From positions 113,274,001-113,338,000 of the forward strand of contig OZ024742.1 in NCBI GenBank assembly GCA_964016885.1: 64,000 nt of DNA, in the 5' to 3' direction. Shown in pieces: positions 23,254 through 38,102 of this stretch. Within the stretch, counting starts at the first letter, position 1. Each line of letters starts with the position of its first letter. The DNA is from Eledone cirrhosa. Taxonomy: Eukaryota. The translations under genes and the position numbers were made by a program. The notes under the pieces were generated by a model. The model saw nothing but the letters and a program-made list of their open reading frames with translations, had not been told where the DNA came from and did not search any database.

Positions 23254-26200
23254 GTTGCATTTATCTTGCTTTATGTTCATACGAGTTATCACCAATTCAC
23301 AACCAGTGACCTCAAGAGACATCAAGGTCCGCCATGTTCAAGAAAGAACATACATCTTTAGTGTTTAGACTTGTGATGTACTTATATTGACAGAATCTTC
23401 CTTAGTATATGGGCAGTTCCCATTAGTACTATCTTTTGTATTTCTCCCATACGCGGGTTTCCTGGGATTTGCGATAAGTAATCATTAGACCCCTTAGGTA
23501 TCATTCCCAGAGCGCCTACAACCACTGGTATTGTTTTAGTTCTCAATTTCCACATTTTTTCCAATTTCTATCTCCAGGTCCTTATACTTGCTCAATTTTT
23601 CAAATGTTTTTATAGATACATTCTTGTCTATTGGAACATACATATCAATTAGCAGGCATACCCTATTTTTAAAGTCCTTCAATATCAGGTCTATTTGCAT
23701 CTATTTTTCGGTCTGTTTGGATGCTAAAGTTCCACAAGATTGAGATGTGATCTTTTTCAAGTATGGGAGGTGGTTGATGCTCCCACCAATTCTTTTGATG
23801 GGGCAGGTCAAAATTCTTACACATTATCAAATGTATGTATTGTGCAGCTCTGTCATGCCTGTTTAGGTATTCGGTTGGAGCTATAGGACTGCACATTGAA
23901 ATTATATGGTCAATGGTCTCTGGTTGTTTTTTGCATACACGGCATAATGGGCTGCATCCATTTTTTATTATGTTGGCTTGGTAATTTTTTGTTGGCAGAC
24001 ACTGATCTTGTGCTGATATAACCAGTCCTTCAGTCTCCGATTTCAGTCCAGAGGATGCCAACCACTGATGGGTTAAGGTTTTTGTCAACATCAGGATTGT
24101 TAGCTCGCTCTTAGTATTTTCCATACAGAGGCTTTTCTTGCCATTTCTTAGCCAGTTTCTGTAGCAGTTCTTTCTTCGCAATTACTTTTACCTGCTTTGC
24201 TTTTTCTGTGTTTTCCATTTCAGCAGGAAATGGGACTTCTGAAATTTGTAGTCCATTACTGTATGTTTGTGCATCTTTTGTAATGGAGTATGATCTTTTG
24301 ATGCTTTCGTGTTTCAAAACGAGTTTGATCATCCAATCATCTGATTCCCTTAGATATGTAGATAATCCAATTGTTGCAGTTTTCAACGCAATGTCTAACT
24401 GGATTAACCGACGTCCTCCTTCTTTCCTAGGGAGATATATTCTATCTATATCTGCCTTAGGGTGATGCATTCTGTGCATGGTTAAGAGTTTTCGAATTTG
24501 TGTATCGGGCCTACGGATCTCTGTGCTTGACCAGTTGATGACATTGTAATTGTAGGTTACTACTGGTATGGCAAGCGTATTTATGGCATCGATCCTATTC
24601 CTTGCATTCAATTCCGTTCTTAAGATTGCTCTTACTCTGCGGTAACATTCCTTCCTTATCCTTTCCCTCATTGTCGAGTGCTTGATTCCGTCTCCTTCAC
24701 AAACACCTAGATATTTGTAAGTTTTTTTTGATCAAGTTCTCTTATCACGTTCCCCCGATCAAGATTAATGTCTTAAAACTTCAGCAGCTTTCCTCTGGTG
24801 AACGTTACTTGGGCGCATTAATCTAGTCCAAACTCCATTTTAATGTCATCACTGGACTGCTCCACAGTGGATAATAGCCCTTGCATTTGTTCATCACATT
24901 TTGCAAATAGTTTCAGGTCATCCATGTAGAACAAGTGATTAATGGTTTTGTCATAGACTTTATATGCATGTTTTGTTTCATTGAGTATTTTACTTAATGG
25001 TATAAGTGCGATGCAGAATAAAAGCGATGATAAAGAGTCACCCTGAAAAATTCCCAATTAATATTAACTTCTCCAGCGTCCAGTGATTTTGTTTCACTAT
25101 TCGAAAGGAGTGTCGTTTTCCATGTGTTCATACTCAATGACAAAAACCTCCTGTCAACGGGGGATATTTTGAAAATCTCTAAACATTTTTCAATCCAACT
25201 GTGTGACAAACTATCGAATGCTTTTTTTATAATCTATCCAAGCAATCGATAGATTTTTGTGTCTATTATGACAATCTTCCAGTATCATTTTGTTAACCAG
25301 AAGCTGATCCTTACACCCATATGAGCCTCGTTTACACCCTTTCTGCTCAATGGGAAATAGGTCATTTGTCATCAGGTGGTCATATGTGTATTCAGTTAGG
25401 ACTGATGTTAAAATTGTATACGTTGTGGTCAAGCAAGTTATCGGTCTGTAATTTTTTGGATTGTTTGTCTCATCATTCTTTGGAAGAAGGAATTTAATGC
25501 CATTAACTAGCCATGATCGTATCTTTTCTGGCTCCTTAACTATTTCATTGTAAAGTTGGGCTAACAGCTCATGAGACTCTGTGAAGGCATTTATCCAAAA
25601 GTTTTTTATTTTGTCTTTTCCTGGTGATTTCAATTTGCTGGTTTTTGTTAGAGCCAAGCGCAACTGTTCAACTGTTATATTTTCCCATATGTGTTCCTCA
25701 AGGTGAGCTCTATCTTTCATTTGTATGTCTATCCATGGGGCATGTATGATATGAACTTTTTCTTCGGCCCAGAACTTTTCCCAGAATTATGCACTTCCTC
25801 CTTAGGTGGTATTGATTTAGCAGTTATTGTTGACTTACCAATTTTTCTGTAGAGGTTTCTTTGGATGTTTTTGAACATATTATTGTCCTTATAGAATCTA
25901 GATCGTTTTCAAAGCGCCTTATACGAGCAGCTTTGGCCGACACTTTTTGCTTGATTATTTCTATCAGCATGTCTATGCCACTTGTTGATTTTATACTGTA
26001 CTTTTTTTTGAATTTTCTAAGTTTAGTTTGTTTAACATGTTCACCTACTTTATAGTGTGTTAAAATTTCTATGTCAGATCGGAGAAGGTTTACTTGACGA
26101 TTAATGTTCTCTTGCCAAGTAGATTTCTTGTGGGAATTCCTTTGTTTTTTCATCTTCACTCCACATAAGTGAGTGGTGATTTTAGCCGATGCATAATAGA

Positions 26201-28168
26201 GATGATATAAATCAGTAATGTTTATTTTATTTGTGATGATAATGTTTTTAAGAATCATGTTAGTCTTGTGTATTATCTTTTGGTTCTGTTTGGAGTTCTG
26301 GATCTTAGGGAGGGTGTCACGTTGCCCCATTTCAGATTCTTTCATTTCCATCCATTCGATCATAATTTCATCCTTCAATTTGGCAAGTTCATTCTCATTC
26401 ATTTCTTTATCATTTACGATCTCATTATTTTCCTTGGAGTTTCATCTTGAGCATGCACTCCCTCCACTTTTTCGATCCTTTCTTTAATTTGTTCTGTTGC
26501 CAGTGACTCCGCCCCAACCCTGGGATTCGAAGTGTTACAATTTACCTCGTTTTCACTGACACATGTTTCATTTTCCCTTCGCTGACTTTGTGCTAATAGC
26601 TTGATCTGATCAATTTCTATATCAGTTAGTAACTTTTTTCTTACAATATTTCTTCGTATATTGGCTAGTTTGTTGCTGTCAATATAGCCTCGGTTTTCGG
26701 GATGTTTCTTTTTGCAGTTGATATATGTCTGTTCTGTATTCGATGTATTTGATGGGTAGTACATGGCAGTGTAGAAAGCCTCAAGGACTTCTTTATGATC
26801 TTCCCTTGACCATTTTTCTCTCTTTTTCTTTGGATTTCTTGGTGGTGAGCATGGAGGGCCAACAGTAGGAGTATTCCGCTTCTGGGAGGTCTCCAGCTCC
26901 GAAGTGATGGGAAGGTTTGAACCATTAGCTGATTTTTCGACCCCAGTCTGGTTCCTCTCTGAGGGACGCGGCCCTTTTTTTATCAGGGTGACGGCCGATC
27001 CTGTATGAGATTTTATCATTAGACATTTACTTTATTTTGACGCGTTTTATCCTTATCCGTCAAGGGGTAATCATTTCGTGTTACCACTTCTAGAACGAGT
27101 GTCAACCAAGACTAGAGGGGTCGTTCTCCCCTAGAGACATGGCTATTCCCCGCCGGCCGCCATCCCTATATTTCTTGGTCACGGGTTTTCTTTTTGTTGT
27201 TTTTTTTAATCGTTATTATCATGAGGGGTTCCTTAATGTGAGCATTGCGTGGCTTAAGAATGAAATTATTAATAATTGTCTCCACTCCAGGCACAAGTCC
27301 AGCAATCACCCAGTGCATTACAATAATATAATATAGTTTTTGCTGAAGTTGCCTGTTATTGTTGTTGGCTATGTCGGTGGTGGTGCTGGGGATTTTTATA
27401 TTGTTGGTGAGGAAGGGGTGAGCCAGCAGTGCCATAGTTGTAGATGTTAACGTTTGGACGGTGGCCAGGTCACTAAGTCAATCCATTTATATATTTTGCT
27501 AGCCTCTCCCTTGTCTAGTGATACCGCCACGTTCCCCTTTCTCTCTCCAGTTAACAGGGGAATAGTGGTTGTAGCAATGAAGGAGTGGTGGCGGCAATGA
27601 TGGGATAGTGGTAGCAATGATGGATGGAGTGGTGGCGGCGGTGGCGTTGTCGTTAATGAGTTTTTTCGATATGTAGTATCTATGAGTGTGTGTCGGGTAG
27701 TTTAATATATATTGTGTTGTCATATTCCCGTAAAATTGGAATTAAACATTTTGTTAAAACTTGAGACAATAATAATAGTAATTATTATTATGATGCTGGG
27801 ATTGGTGGAGGTGGTGGTGAAATTGCCGTTATCTGGCTGTTACATTTAGTGTGATGGGGTAGGTGGTGTATCAAGTATCTGGTGTTGGTGAAATTGTTGT
27901 TATTTGGCTGTTCTATATAGTGTAGACAGACGGTGTTTTCTTCCATTTATAACCATTTTCTTTTTTGAATACAAAATATATAATACACAATTGAATATTT
28001 GAGCGATATAACAATATATGGATCCGAAATTTTATGGGACTTGCTTCAGTGGTTTATCCAACATTTGTACTAAGAATTGTTATTTCACAATCGATTTAAA
28101 TATGTTAAAAATCAAAAACTTACGGGAGCGATTTCATGAACTTCTACCACCTCGTGCGTCTTCTTCCC
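23253..28168 (-). mobile_element. Full-length decayed R4/Dong element of a second family
   Basis: KSPGKDKIKNFW, NYRPITCL, EQKGC, WIDYKK, GIFQGDSLS, HLFYMDDLKL, CRVC...HIISMC, RHD, NRPDI, IPVVVGALG. Flanked by (ATT)n at both ends. Confidence 0.93.
27265..27322 (-). mobile_element. SINE family 1 3' fragment within the Dong 5' region
   Basis: ggcacaagtccagcaatcacccagtgcattac matches the SINE tail. Confidence 0.7.
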
Positions 28169-28263
<95 letters not shown>

Positions 28264-28273
28264 TGTTGTAGTA

Positions 28274-28334
<61 letters not shown>

Positions 28335-28350
28335 CATATATATATATATA
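28169..28350. repeat. (ATT)n-(AGT)n-(TA)n compound microsatellite
   Basis: Direct inspection. Confidence 0.95.
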
Positions 28351-28960
28351 TTATTCTACTATATTTAGCTCTAGACTTAGCTATTGACCAGTTAATGTTA
28401 TTGTTCATCTTTTGTCGATTCTATTAAATGATGAATAGCTCCTGTTTATTTTAACAGGTCTATTGAGCACTCTTATTCGATATGTGATTTTCCACAACCC
28501 GAATATTTTTCGCGGATATAGAGGTTATCTCACTTGCTGGATTCCATGTGCGTTTTCAGCTAGGGTTGGCTTTTTTATTCGTCTGGACAAAGCTCGTTGA
28601 TAAAGTATTTCCTCTCCGCCGCTCTCTAGAAGTCTTATATATTTTTATGTGGGCTGATAGTGGGCGGTTTAAGGATTTACAGAAACCCAAGAAGCTAGAT
28701 TTACCATCTTTCTAGTGGGTCCGGGTAAGCTTTTTACATTCACATGATTTATTGATTTATTGATATTTTATCTGAGTGACCCGAATCTTCCTGATCGTAA
28801 TTTTTCGGTCGTATGGTTGATTTTAGACATAATCTATGTGTGTTGGTATTTTAACGATAGTTATAGCTCTGATTTATCTGAATTATTGAGCCCTCTTCCA
28901 CTCATGTCGAATTTTGTTTATCGTGAACTCGTGCGCCGATTTTTCGATACTCGATTATTC

Positions 28961-29012
<52 letters not shown>

Positions 29013-29175
29013 GATATTTATTTAATAATGTCTCATAAAATAATACAACCAGCTATCCACGAAATACTGATTAGTTAGCACCCCAAACACTAAATCGGGA
29101 TAATACTTAGGCATATCCTAATGTTTGTTGAGTGAGATGGAGTTGGTCGGAGTATCGCTTAAGGCTTTCTATGTT

Positions 29176-29206
<31 letters not shown>

Positions 29207-32134
29207 GCGCATATATTTCCAACCCTTTGTCGTAGCGGGGTTTATTGGACACGGCGGAAATTCAGGTATGGGTTTTAATCATGGTGAGGATGTGCACTGA
29301 GGATGGTCCTACTAATCCTCACTATAGGTATACATGGGCTGAAGATCCATTCAGTGAAATACGCGATGTGAAATATGGTTTGCAAATGTGTCCTGAAACT
29401 AACGCTATACAGAACCCCTACTTTGGAATATGTGCTCTATTTACTACAGATATAACCCCGCCCCCGTTTGTTTTATCACTACATATTGTATGGATATGTC
29501 GTCAAGATGACTCAGTAAATACTTAGTGGATATATTTTACGTGCAAATCCAATCTGAAGGAGACCCAGTGGTAGACTTTGAGCAAGATGGCTGGATAGCA
29601 TACATGAACTTGGCTGGATCTGTTGGAGCCGTTTGCTATTGACTGACCTCGAAAGAAGTGTGTGAGAAATTTATCCCTGCAGCCTTGTTCAGGTATATGT
29701 TGGCAAAGAAGGAGTTATTGGTAACGTTTCTGATCTCATTTAATAGTTCTTCTTACGCACATATGATTAAGGTAAAGCATTTTTCTGATTATCACCTACT
29801 TTATTTGCTAACACACGTTTGTTTTGGGTAGTTTTGTACATATAAGTATGCATACATATAGTTGTCTATATATGTGTACGTGTGTATACGGACTGCCTTT
29901 GTCAATGTTTCAATGAATATTCACGAAACTTCACTGTGTCCATCATATTCCACTCTGACCCAAGGAGCAGTTATATTTCATCAATGAGTGCGCTTTGGTT
30001 TACCTAAATGATGGAACGCATGCTTACATGGCATAATATAAATTTGTAATGGCACATCGATTTTGTGACTATGAAGCTATGTCTATAAGCAGGGGTATCC
30101 TTAGCTACAAACGATCAGAGAGGCAGGCGCATATTCAAAGTTTAGCCACAAATGACTAAACTGTGTTGCGCCCTGCAGTTATATCAATGGGTACACCTAT
30201 GCGTATGTGCGTATTTCTATATTTGTTCATATGTGGATTGGTATCAGTTTATATATGCGTAGGTGCTTGTGTTTATACGCATGTTATTCTTTATGTTTTC
30301 TTCCCATACGTTTCTTCTTCCATATTTTGTAACCTACTTGGTACACTACGTTTTGTAGTCTCGTAAGACGATTTTGATTTTTCATCTCATCCTTTGTTTT
30401 ACCGTATTAGGGACCCAACATCTTATTGCTTTTTACGTGTTTGTTTTACGTGTTATTGTATTCATGCTTGTATTTTTTTATTACATTTTTGCCTTCACTT
30501 GTCACATTATATAACGCATATACTTCTGTATTGGACAGTCTTATTTTTCAACTTTGTATTGTTATTCGTTAATACTGAACTTGTGTCTTCAATGTTGTAT
30601 TCTAATTCCTAACCCATAATATAAATTTATCTATATTCCCATCTGTTGTTTTATTATTTATTTCATTCATCAATATGGGGAATTTGCGGTCAGTGTGATG
30701 ACCTACTTTATCCCGACAAAATACATTGGCTGTAGATGGGTAGATACACGCTGTCACCGTAATTCTAATAGAATACTGCTGCCGATTGCTGGACTAGAAG
30801 TCAGCCGTAATATAGAAGAAATTACGCTGAGTTGAAATCTTTTATAGTAATATCTCACCGACTGTGGTGGAGGCAGTTTTCGGTCTGTTTGGTAGGCTTG
30901 TCTCAATAGTTCTAACGGGGGCTAGAAAAGGGTTGTGCCGTTGTTGAATCGCCCAAATCCACGCCTTCTCACAATTGTAGAGTGGAACTAAAATTCACAA
31001 GTGAAAACCTCACGTCCGTTCGTTCTCTTGTCTTTCACCGGCAGCGTAACCGTATTGCATAAGACGCTGTTTGAAGATATAGCGTGACTGATGTCGAAGG
31101 TGCACATCACCATAACGTGACTGATATATATCCCACAGCTTCATGAATAAATGAATTTTAAACATCTGCATCGAGCATCACAATTGTTCTTATTGTTTTC
31201 ACAATTGTTCTTATTCCGAAAAGGAATAACACAATTATATTTCGAAGAAAACACGTTTTCACAGACGCAAGAAAACCATTTTCACAAACGCAAAACTGAG
31301 TAGGCAACTTGTTTACCATAAATATATATATAGAGATAAATGTCTGTATGTGTTTGTGTGTAAATGTATATAAATTGGAGAGTGAATTTAAAATTGTGGG
31401 TTTACTCGTTAATATTTAGAGACGTAAGCTGCCTTCGAAAGTGGCATACACCTTCCGTTCTATTTAAAATTAATCTCCAAATGTTTTAATTTAAAATATG
31501 CTAATGAATATTAAATGTGCTCTATAAACTATACAAACAAATTTACCTGATGTAAACAATTATAAAGATATAATTCAACTAATGTGTATTAATATTAATT
31601 TATATAGTGTTGTATTAAATTAAAACCTATGGAAAGTAATAAAATAATATTATTAGCGAATTTCATTGTTTTTTAGACTGTTACGGACATATTTGTATTA
31701 TATTTATATTTACTCCTACAAGGAATCAAGAATGTTAAATAAAATCATTAACAAATCTATTTTGCTAATACAAACGTGAAAATAAGGTAATCCTCCCTAG
31801 CTCTAAGTAGCTTTATTTATAACATAAAGCAAAATTTAATAAAAGTACAACGCTTTAGCTACCGTTATTTAAAGAAAATCCGCAACGAATTCCGAGTTAA
31901 TTTTGCGAAAATACTCAAGGTGATTTCATGAATAAATGAAACATTTAACTTTAAAACACATTGGATTTCTAAAAGCAGCATTCATTGACTCGCTCAATTA
32001 ATTTTGAATCTAGAAAAGGGATATAACGTTTCGTAGAATTGTTTGACTACTGGGCGGTAACCTGTACCATTCAATCCATAGATAATTATAATTCCTATCA
32101 TGAAATGCAATTGAAAAATCTATCCATCCATCAA

Positions 32135-32173
32135 GCTCTCTCTCCCTCCCTCTCTCTCCCCTCTATATATCTC

Positions 32174-32246
<73 letters not shown>
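32135..32246. repeat. (CT)n microsatellite (similar tracts at ~36030-36215 and ~38060-38350)
   Basis: Direct inspection. Confidence 0.95.
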
Positions 32247-32247
<1 letters not shown>

Positions 32248-32341
32248 ACTCTCTTATATACTTGTTTGCATTTGGTTCCAGCTATTCCAATATGAGAGTA
32301 CTCAGGACGATTTAAGTATAGTTAGTCACAAAGTGATTTGT

Positions 32342-32392
32342 ACAGGTACATACGTTTTGTTGGGGTTATTCACCCCAACTCATTCAGCCCGT
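32342..32392 (-). ncRNA. Decayed type I hammerhead motif in a solo pLTR-like repeat
   Basis: rc reads ACGGG-CTGAATGA-GTTGGGG(tgaataa)CCCCAAC-AAAA-CGTATG-TA-CCTGT. Helices are intact; the core has one insertion and G12A. Confidence 0.6.
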
Positions 32393-32498
32393 CATATAAT
32401 TAATGATTATGGATGGGGAAGCCATCTTTTATTTATGAGTCAGACTGAAAGGTGTGGGTGAAAAACCCAACGACACTTAAGTAAGTATCACTGCTGTA

Positions 32499-32562
<64 letters not shown>

Positions 32563-32962
32563 TAGTTATTCTATATGCTAGTTTATCACCGATAAATTAG
32601 TATGCAGGTTAAAGCACGTGACGAAGATCTCTAGTTTGTCTGTTTACTCCGGATTATATTTATAGTCTTGACATACAAGTCAATAGGATATAATTCACTT
32701 CGTTTATTCATAATCCCTATTACATATAATTCTGTAATAACCGTTATGCAACATATATGACATCATCACACAGCGAGAAGTTGAAGAGAAAAAAACAGAA
32801 ACAACACCGGTTGTTTCGATTCATTGATATGCCCAGGGCTATTTGGTCTTGAATGGAAACAACAATCGTAAGCATGAAATGGCTAATTTGTTAAAGTTAG
32901 AGTTGGCATCGACTCCCATTGTCATGTTCAGTTCATTATCGAACACATGCATGGGTATAATA

Positions 32963-33045
32963 TCATTTCTGATTTAGGCACAAAGCCAATAATTTTGGAG
33001 GAGGAAAAAGTCGATTAAATCTACCGCAGTGCGTTACTGGTAGGT
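32963..33045 (-). mobile_element. SINE 3' fragment (variant of family 1)
   Basis: ggcacaaagccaataatttt...gtcgattaaatc...cagtgcgttactggta. Confidence 0.55.
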
Positions 33046-36000
33046 TTATATATATATATATATATATATATACAAGTCTAGAATGGAAAAGGAAAAATCT
33101 GTGATGCATCGGAACTCAATTTATTGTGTATTACAATTGTTTCCCCGGCGAACAGCTCCATGTGCGATCTGTGTGTGGATCTTACTTCATTGACACATTC
33201 CAACCTCTGCTTAATGAACTAAATTTCGGACTAATATAATACTGGTACGAACAATGAACCATAGTCCAAAGTCCTTACGTTCACTAAAGAGGTACCTCCC
33301 TCACACCCTATCTAATCCTTTTTCTTATATAAATGAATTACCCCCTCTCCTATCTTTCTCCTACCCGACCACACTTAATTACCTCTCCAAAAAGCGAAAA
33401 TACAGGCAATCCTAAACGACCATTTGCCTCCATCAAGGATCAACTTTTTAAGCGATCTTGCCATAATAACACTTTTTGAACTGCTTATCCTCAAAAACCA
33501 TACTTGTAAATAATATTATTCTTTCTTTCCGATTTCAATAACATGTTCAACTTCACCATATTTTCTCCTCTACATTTTGTACCAATACAAATTGCCTTTT
33601 TTTCTCTCCCACTCACATAATTTGATAATGCATAAAATGCTGAAACCGTTAATTGATAATTATTAAATGAATAAATAAATAAATAAAAAATGATATTGTT
33701 AATTAACAAATAAATTAACTAATACCTTAAAACTTCACAGAAAGTAAATTATTTTGCTTTAGACATCTTCTAACCAAGGAATAAGAGGTAAAGAAACAAG
33801 GAAAAGAAAACATATTTTTCTTCCTAATAATCGTTTTTTTTCAACCTATATATATATACATATTCCAACCCGTGTATTCCGTGTGTTGTTTTCGCCCAAT
33901 TTAAATTTTTATAATTATATGTATATATTTATATATATATATATATATATATATACATAATTTTCTAAGTATTGATTATGCTACTAACATATATGAACTA
34001 TATCTGTAGTACAACACGCAGGTACATATAGATCCATTACACTTTACATGTAATTGTATTTGTGAAATAGATTTCGTTTGTTAAATATTTGATGAATTTG
34101 AGAGCAGGTCTTTAACTATGATATATTTATTTAACATATGATGTACTAAGTAACAGTTAACAATACGGAGACTAATGCCTTACAACTTTGTAGAATCTCA
34201 TAAATAAAAATCTCGAATATAGAAAAATGAATCTCTTTTTGGTGTTTAAACTCAGGTTAAATCTTAATCGCAAAGGGTGAAACAACAATTACAATTCAGT
34301 TGAAAATGAATAAGGAATTGATGCTACCAAATGTGAAAACATATGCGCAAAACGATATCTTAGAAATTATATTTTTGAATAACATTATAAGATCCTACCA
34401 TATACACATCAAGTTTCTGGTCCATTTCATCCAACCTTCGATTATTTAGGTCGGTGTCCATATATATTTCAAAATTAGTCTATATAATTTAAATGTTAAT
34501 TGCTGAAAATTATATGCGTGTAAGTAAATGTGTCTGAGAGTGTTTTGAGTGCGTGAGGGAGTGTGCCTCTTGCTTCATCGTATATGTGCGAATATATTTT
34601 TCTCAGTGATTAATTGTTACAATGCATATGTGTGCGAATTTTTCTTTCAGCGCGATATTTGTATATTATCGATTACATGTGTACGCATAAAAAGATGTAT
34701 ATGTACGATAAATCGTGTGTGTGTGTATATGCGTGTGACCGTATGTTCATTCATTAGTATTTAATTTTCTTACCTAAATGATATTTCACTAGTTGAAATG
34801 TGTCCGTCATTATTTTCATTGTTTCGTCTCTTCACTTGAATTTCCATAGTTTAGTTTTGACAATAGAATCATTACGAATAGATATGCTAATGCATTCTTG
34901 TATGTTTCCCTCTTCATAACGTAGCTGGCATATTGTCTTCTAGTCTCTAATGCTAATTTCGGTGTTGGCTCAATGGTGTATTAATAATATTTTATGAAGG
35001 CAATATGTTGTATTAGACTCGAAATCAAAAGAATAATTTCTACGATGAATATATTTAAGTGCTTGTGACAAATAGAATTTATGTAGGTTTTAAAAGCGAG
35101 TGTGGTTAGGATAAAATGAACAGTTATATAATTCTTTGTCAGAAATAAAACTAGACACAAATGGCTGGTGATATGATTATATTTTAGGAAAGTAAATATG
35201 CATATTAACTAAATCAGATACATCACATAACTATGCAAAGTACAGTATCACACTGTCATCTTACACGTACGCATACACACATGTATATATAGATACAAAC
35301 CACAAACACACAAGCAAGACAGATGCAGTCATTTACACTCACTCACACACACATAAATAATCACACATCCACTCACACACGCATATGTCGTTATAGTTGC
35401 CGTTGATGTTGTTGTTATTATTGTAGGTGACAGGAGCTTTGCTGCCTGCAGTGGTAACTTTGAATCGTTGTAACCTGACAGATGGCCAGAAGTTGGAGGC
35501 GGGGGGCATATAAATTCCATTTTTTATTACTGGTAAATTTGAATGGGAAATTATGTTCGACATATTTGGACTTTTCTGAAGGAAAAGTCATGTGACTTAA
35601 GACCTACTTGAAACAAATACAATTTAACATATGACAATTTAAACAATTTCAAACCAGCAACATTTACCGAGATGATATGTGGACGTTTTCTAGATTCAGT
35701 CACCAATAATAATAATCATTTTCCCACCCGTTTGAAGATTTCTGTAGCAATCGGTTTGTAGGTAGGTGCACCGTGTTAAATGGCCTCTGGGCAGTATAAC
35801 TCTGGTAGTGCTGGTGATGGTCGAAATTTGAGCACTACGTCTTTAGTCGGGTAACCCAAACTGTTTGATGAAAGTTGTAAGAAATGTAGGATCCGTGTCT
35901 ACGCCCCAGTGCCGACGACATGGCGGATGAAATAGAAAGCTTGTCACTTCCACTTGCTTCCACCTCTGCAGCACCAGCGAATTTATTGTCCTTTATTGTG

Positions 36001-36137
36001 GCGTCTGGCAAACAGAGGACGCATTTTCTTCTCTCTCTATCTCTATTCCTCTCTCTCTCTCTATATATATATATATATCCCTCTCTCTTTCTCTCTCTAT
36101 ATCTCTCTCTCTCCCTCTATATCTCTATATCTCTCTA

Positions 36138-36207
<70 letters not shown>

Positions 36208-37014
36208 TCTCTCTCATCAGCTATCTCTCGGTATATCTAATTCGTTTGTTTCATCACACAAACCAATAGGAATATGTTCTTTTTTGTAATTTTATGTGGT
36301 AATCTTACGTCTAAGTTGACGGGGGTGGTGCGCAAAGTATTGCTTCGTTTCAGAGTCTAATATGATTTTATGCTGAGCAATCAAGATTTATATGTCTTAT
36401 TTTTTTATTGGAACGGAAACTTTGATATGTGTTTAACTCCATCAATTTAATAATTAAATTAATAATTCTTTCATTGGGGTTTACTATAAAATTGACATCC
36501 TCATCCTGATCATTAATAGGGTTTTCATTCTTGAATAATGCATGGTAATATTCGAGTGAAATATGAAATAAATCGATAATATTCAATCAAGGAAGATATT
36601 TCTTTGGCCTATTGGCACCTAGATTGCATAGCAATCTTAATGTGTTTAAGCCTTAGCAGATATAAGTTCGGAAATCACAACCGTAATGAACCCATTGTTA
36701 TAAATACTGAATTTATTGAGACCAATAAACGATTCGAAGTTGCTGTACTAGTTAGTGTTGAATGGTGAGACGGGACAATCATATAATCAAGCTATTAATG
36801 ATTGATCACGAAAATGTGATAAAGCTACTCAAATTAAAAACAAATTACCAGGATAGAACAAGGAATTCAATTGAAGGGATATGCACAAGTATATATAAGG
36901 AGGAATATCCCATTTAGAACAATAGGTATGTGTTCCACCCATGAGCGGAATATGTTCACCATCATTTCTTCCCTATATTACACAAATCTATATAACAACA
37001 AAACTCACACGGTG

Positions 37015-37175
37015 TATGACGTCTTCGCAGCATAGAGTTATTGCACTTCATGTCCTGATTTCAAATCACGCCAAGGTTAAATTTCCTTTTCATCCTTACG
37101 AGGTTGATAACATAAAGCACCAGTAATGCAGTGGTATAATTGCTGGCCCTGTGGCAAAAGTAGTAACAATTATTA
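37015..37175 (+). mobile_element. SINE family 1, decayed
   Basis: gcatagagtta...ttcaaatcacgccaaggttaa...ttcatcc...gctggccctgtggcaaaagtagtaacaattatt. Confidence 0.8.
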
Positions 37176-38059
37176 TTGTAATTAAATGTTATTGAAGTAA
37201 ATGATTTGGACGTGACGTTAGAACAACGTTTATTATTATTGATCCTTGTTTACAAAATATTTACCATATATTTAATGCAATTGATTCATTCACTATAACT
37301 ATTGTTTAAAAAAACTCGTGATCCCTGCTTAACTTAGAAAACGCTGATGTTACTCCGGTCATTCTTTGTTTTGTTTACTCCTGTTATTTTGGTTTTGCTT
37401 TTATTTTATATTTGTACACCTGTTATATTGTTACCTGTCTCTGACGCCAGAAGTGTGAACAGAAGCAACATCATAAACTTTGGCTTTGTTGATACGTTTA
37501 AACAAATTAGATAAACAGGTCATGAGGGAAACGTAGAAGCTCAGCGAACGTTAAGCTGATGATGATTCTGTTAATTAGGATGCTGATTATTAGCATATAT
37601 AAATTTAGTTAAGTAATTTAGTGAGTATATTTGTTATATATCTATTTTTTAACGTTTATTTGTTGATATTATAATTATTATTAAATATACAATATATGTA
37701 TGCTACACGGTATTTGAAATTAAAAGTATCAGACGTGCTTGTCTGGTACTCGATGCATAACGATTGAGACCCACAGTAGTGATCATAAAAATCTTGATAT
37801 TTTAGCTATCTATTTGAATTCGCGTGATTCTATTTTATTTTATGTCATTTTATTTAATGTTGTATCATCTTACTTTTAGTTGTTTCAACCTGTTTTTGTA
37901 TATTTATATTTATTTTTCTCATGAACAAGTGTTTTTCTAAGTGTCTGCAATACTATTTAAAGAAGCATACTGATAATTATAATTAACGTTTGTTTGTTCA
38001 AGTCACTAAGCCTAACCCTCTCTCACTCTGTTGCTACTTTTTTCACGCTGTCTCTCACT

Positions 38060-38102
<43 letters not shown>

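Noticed and set aside
35329-36030. GC-richer unique island with short ORFs
   Set aside because: No motif, splice pair or repeat identity could be assigned.
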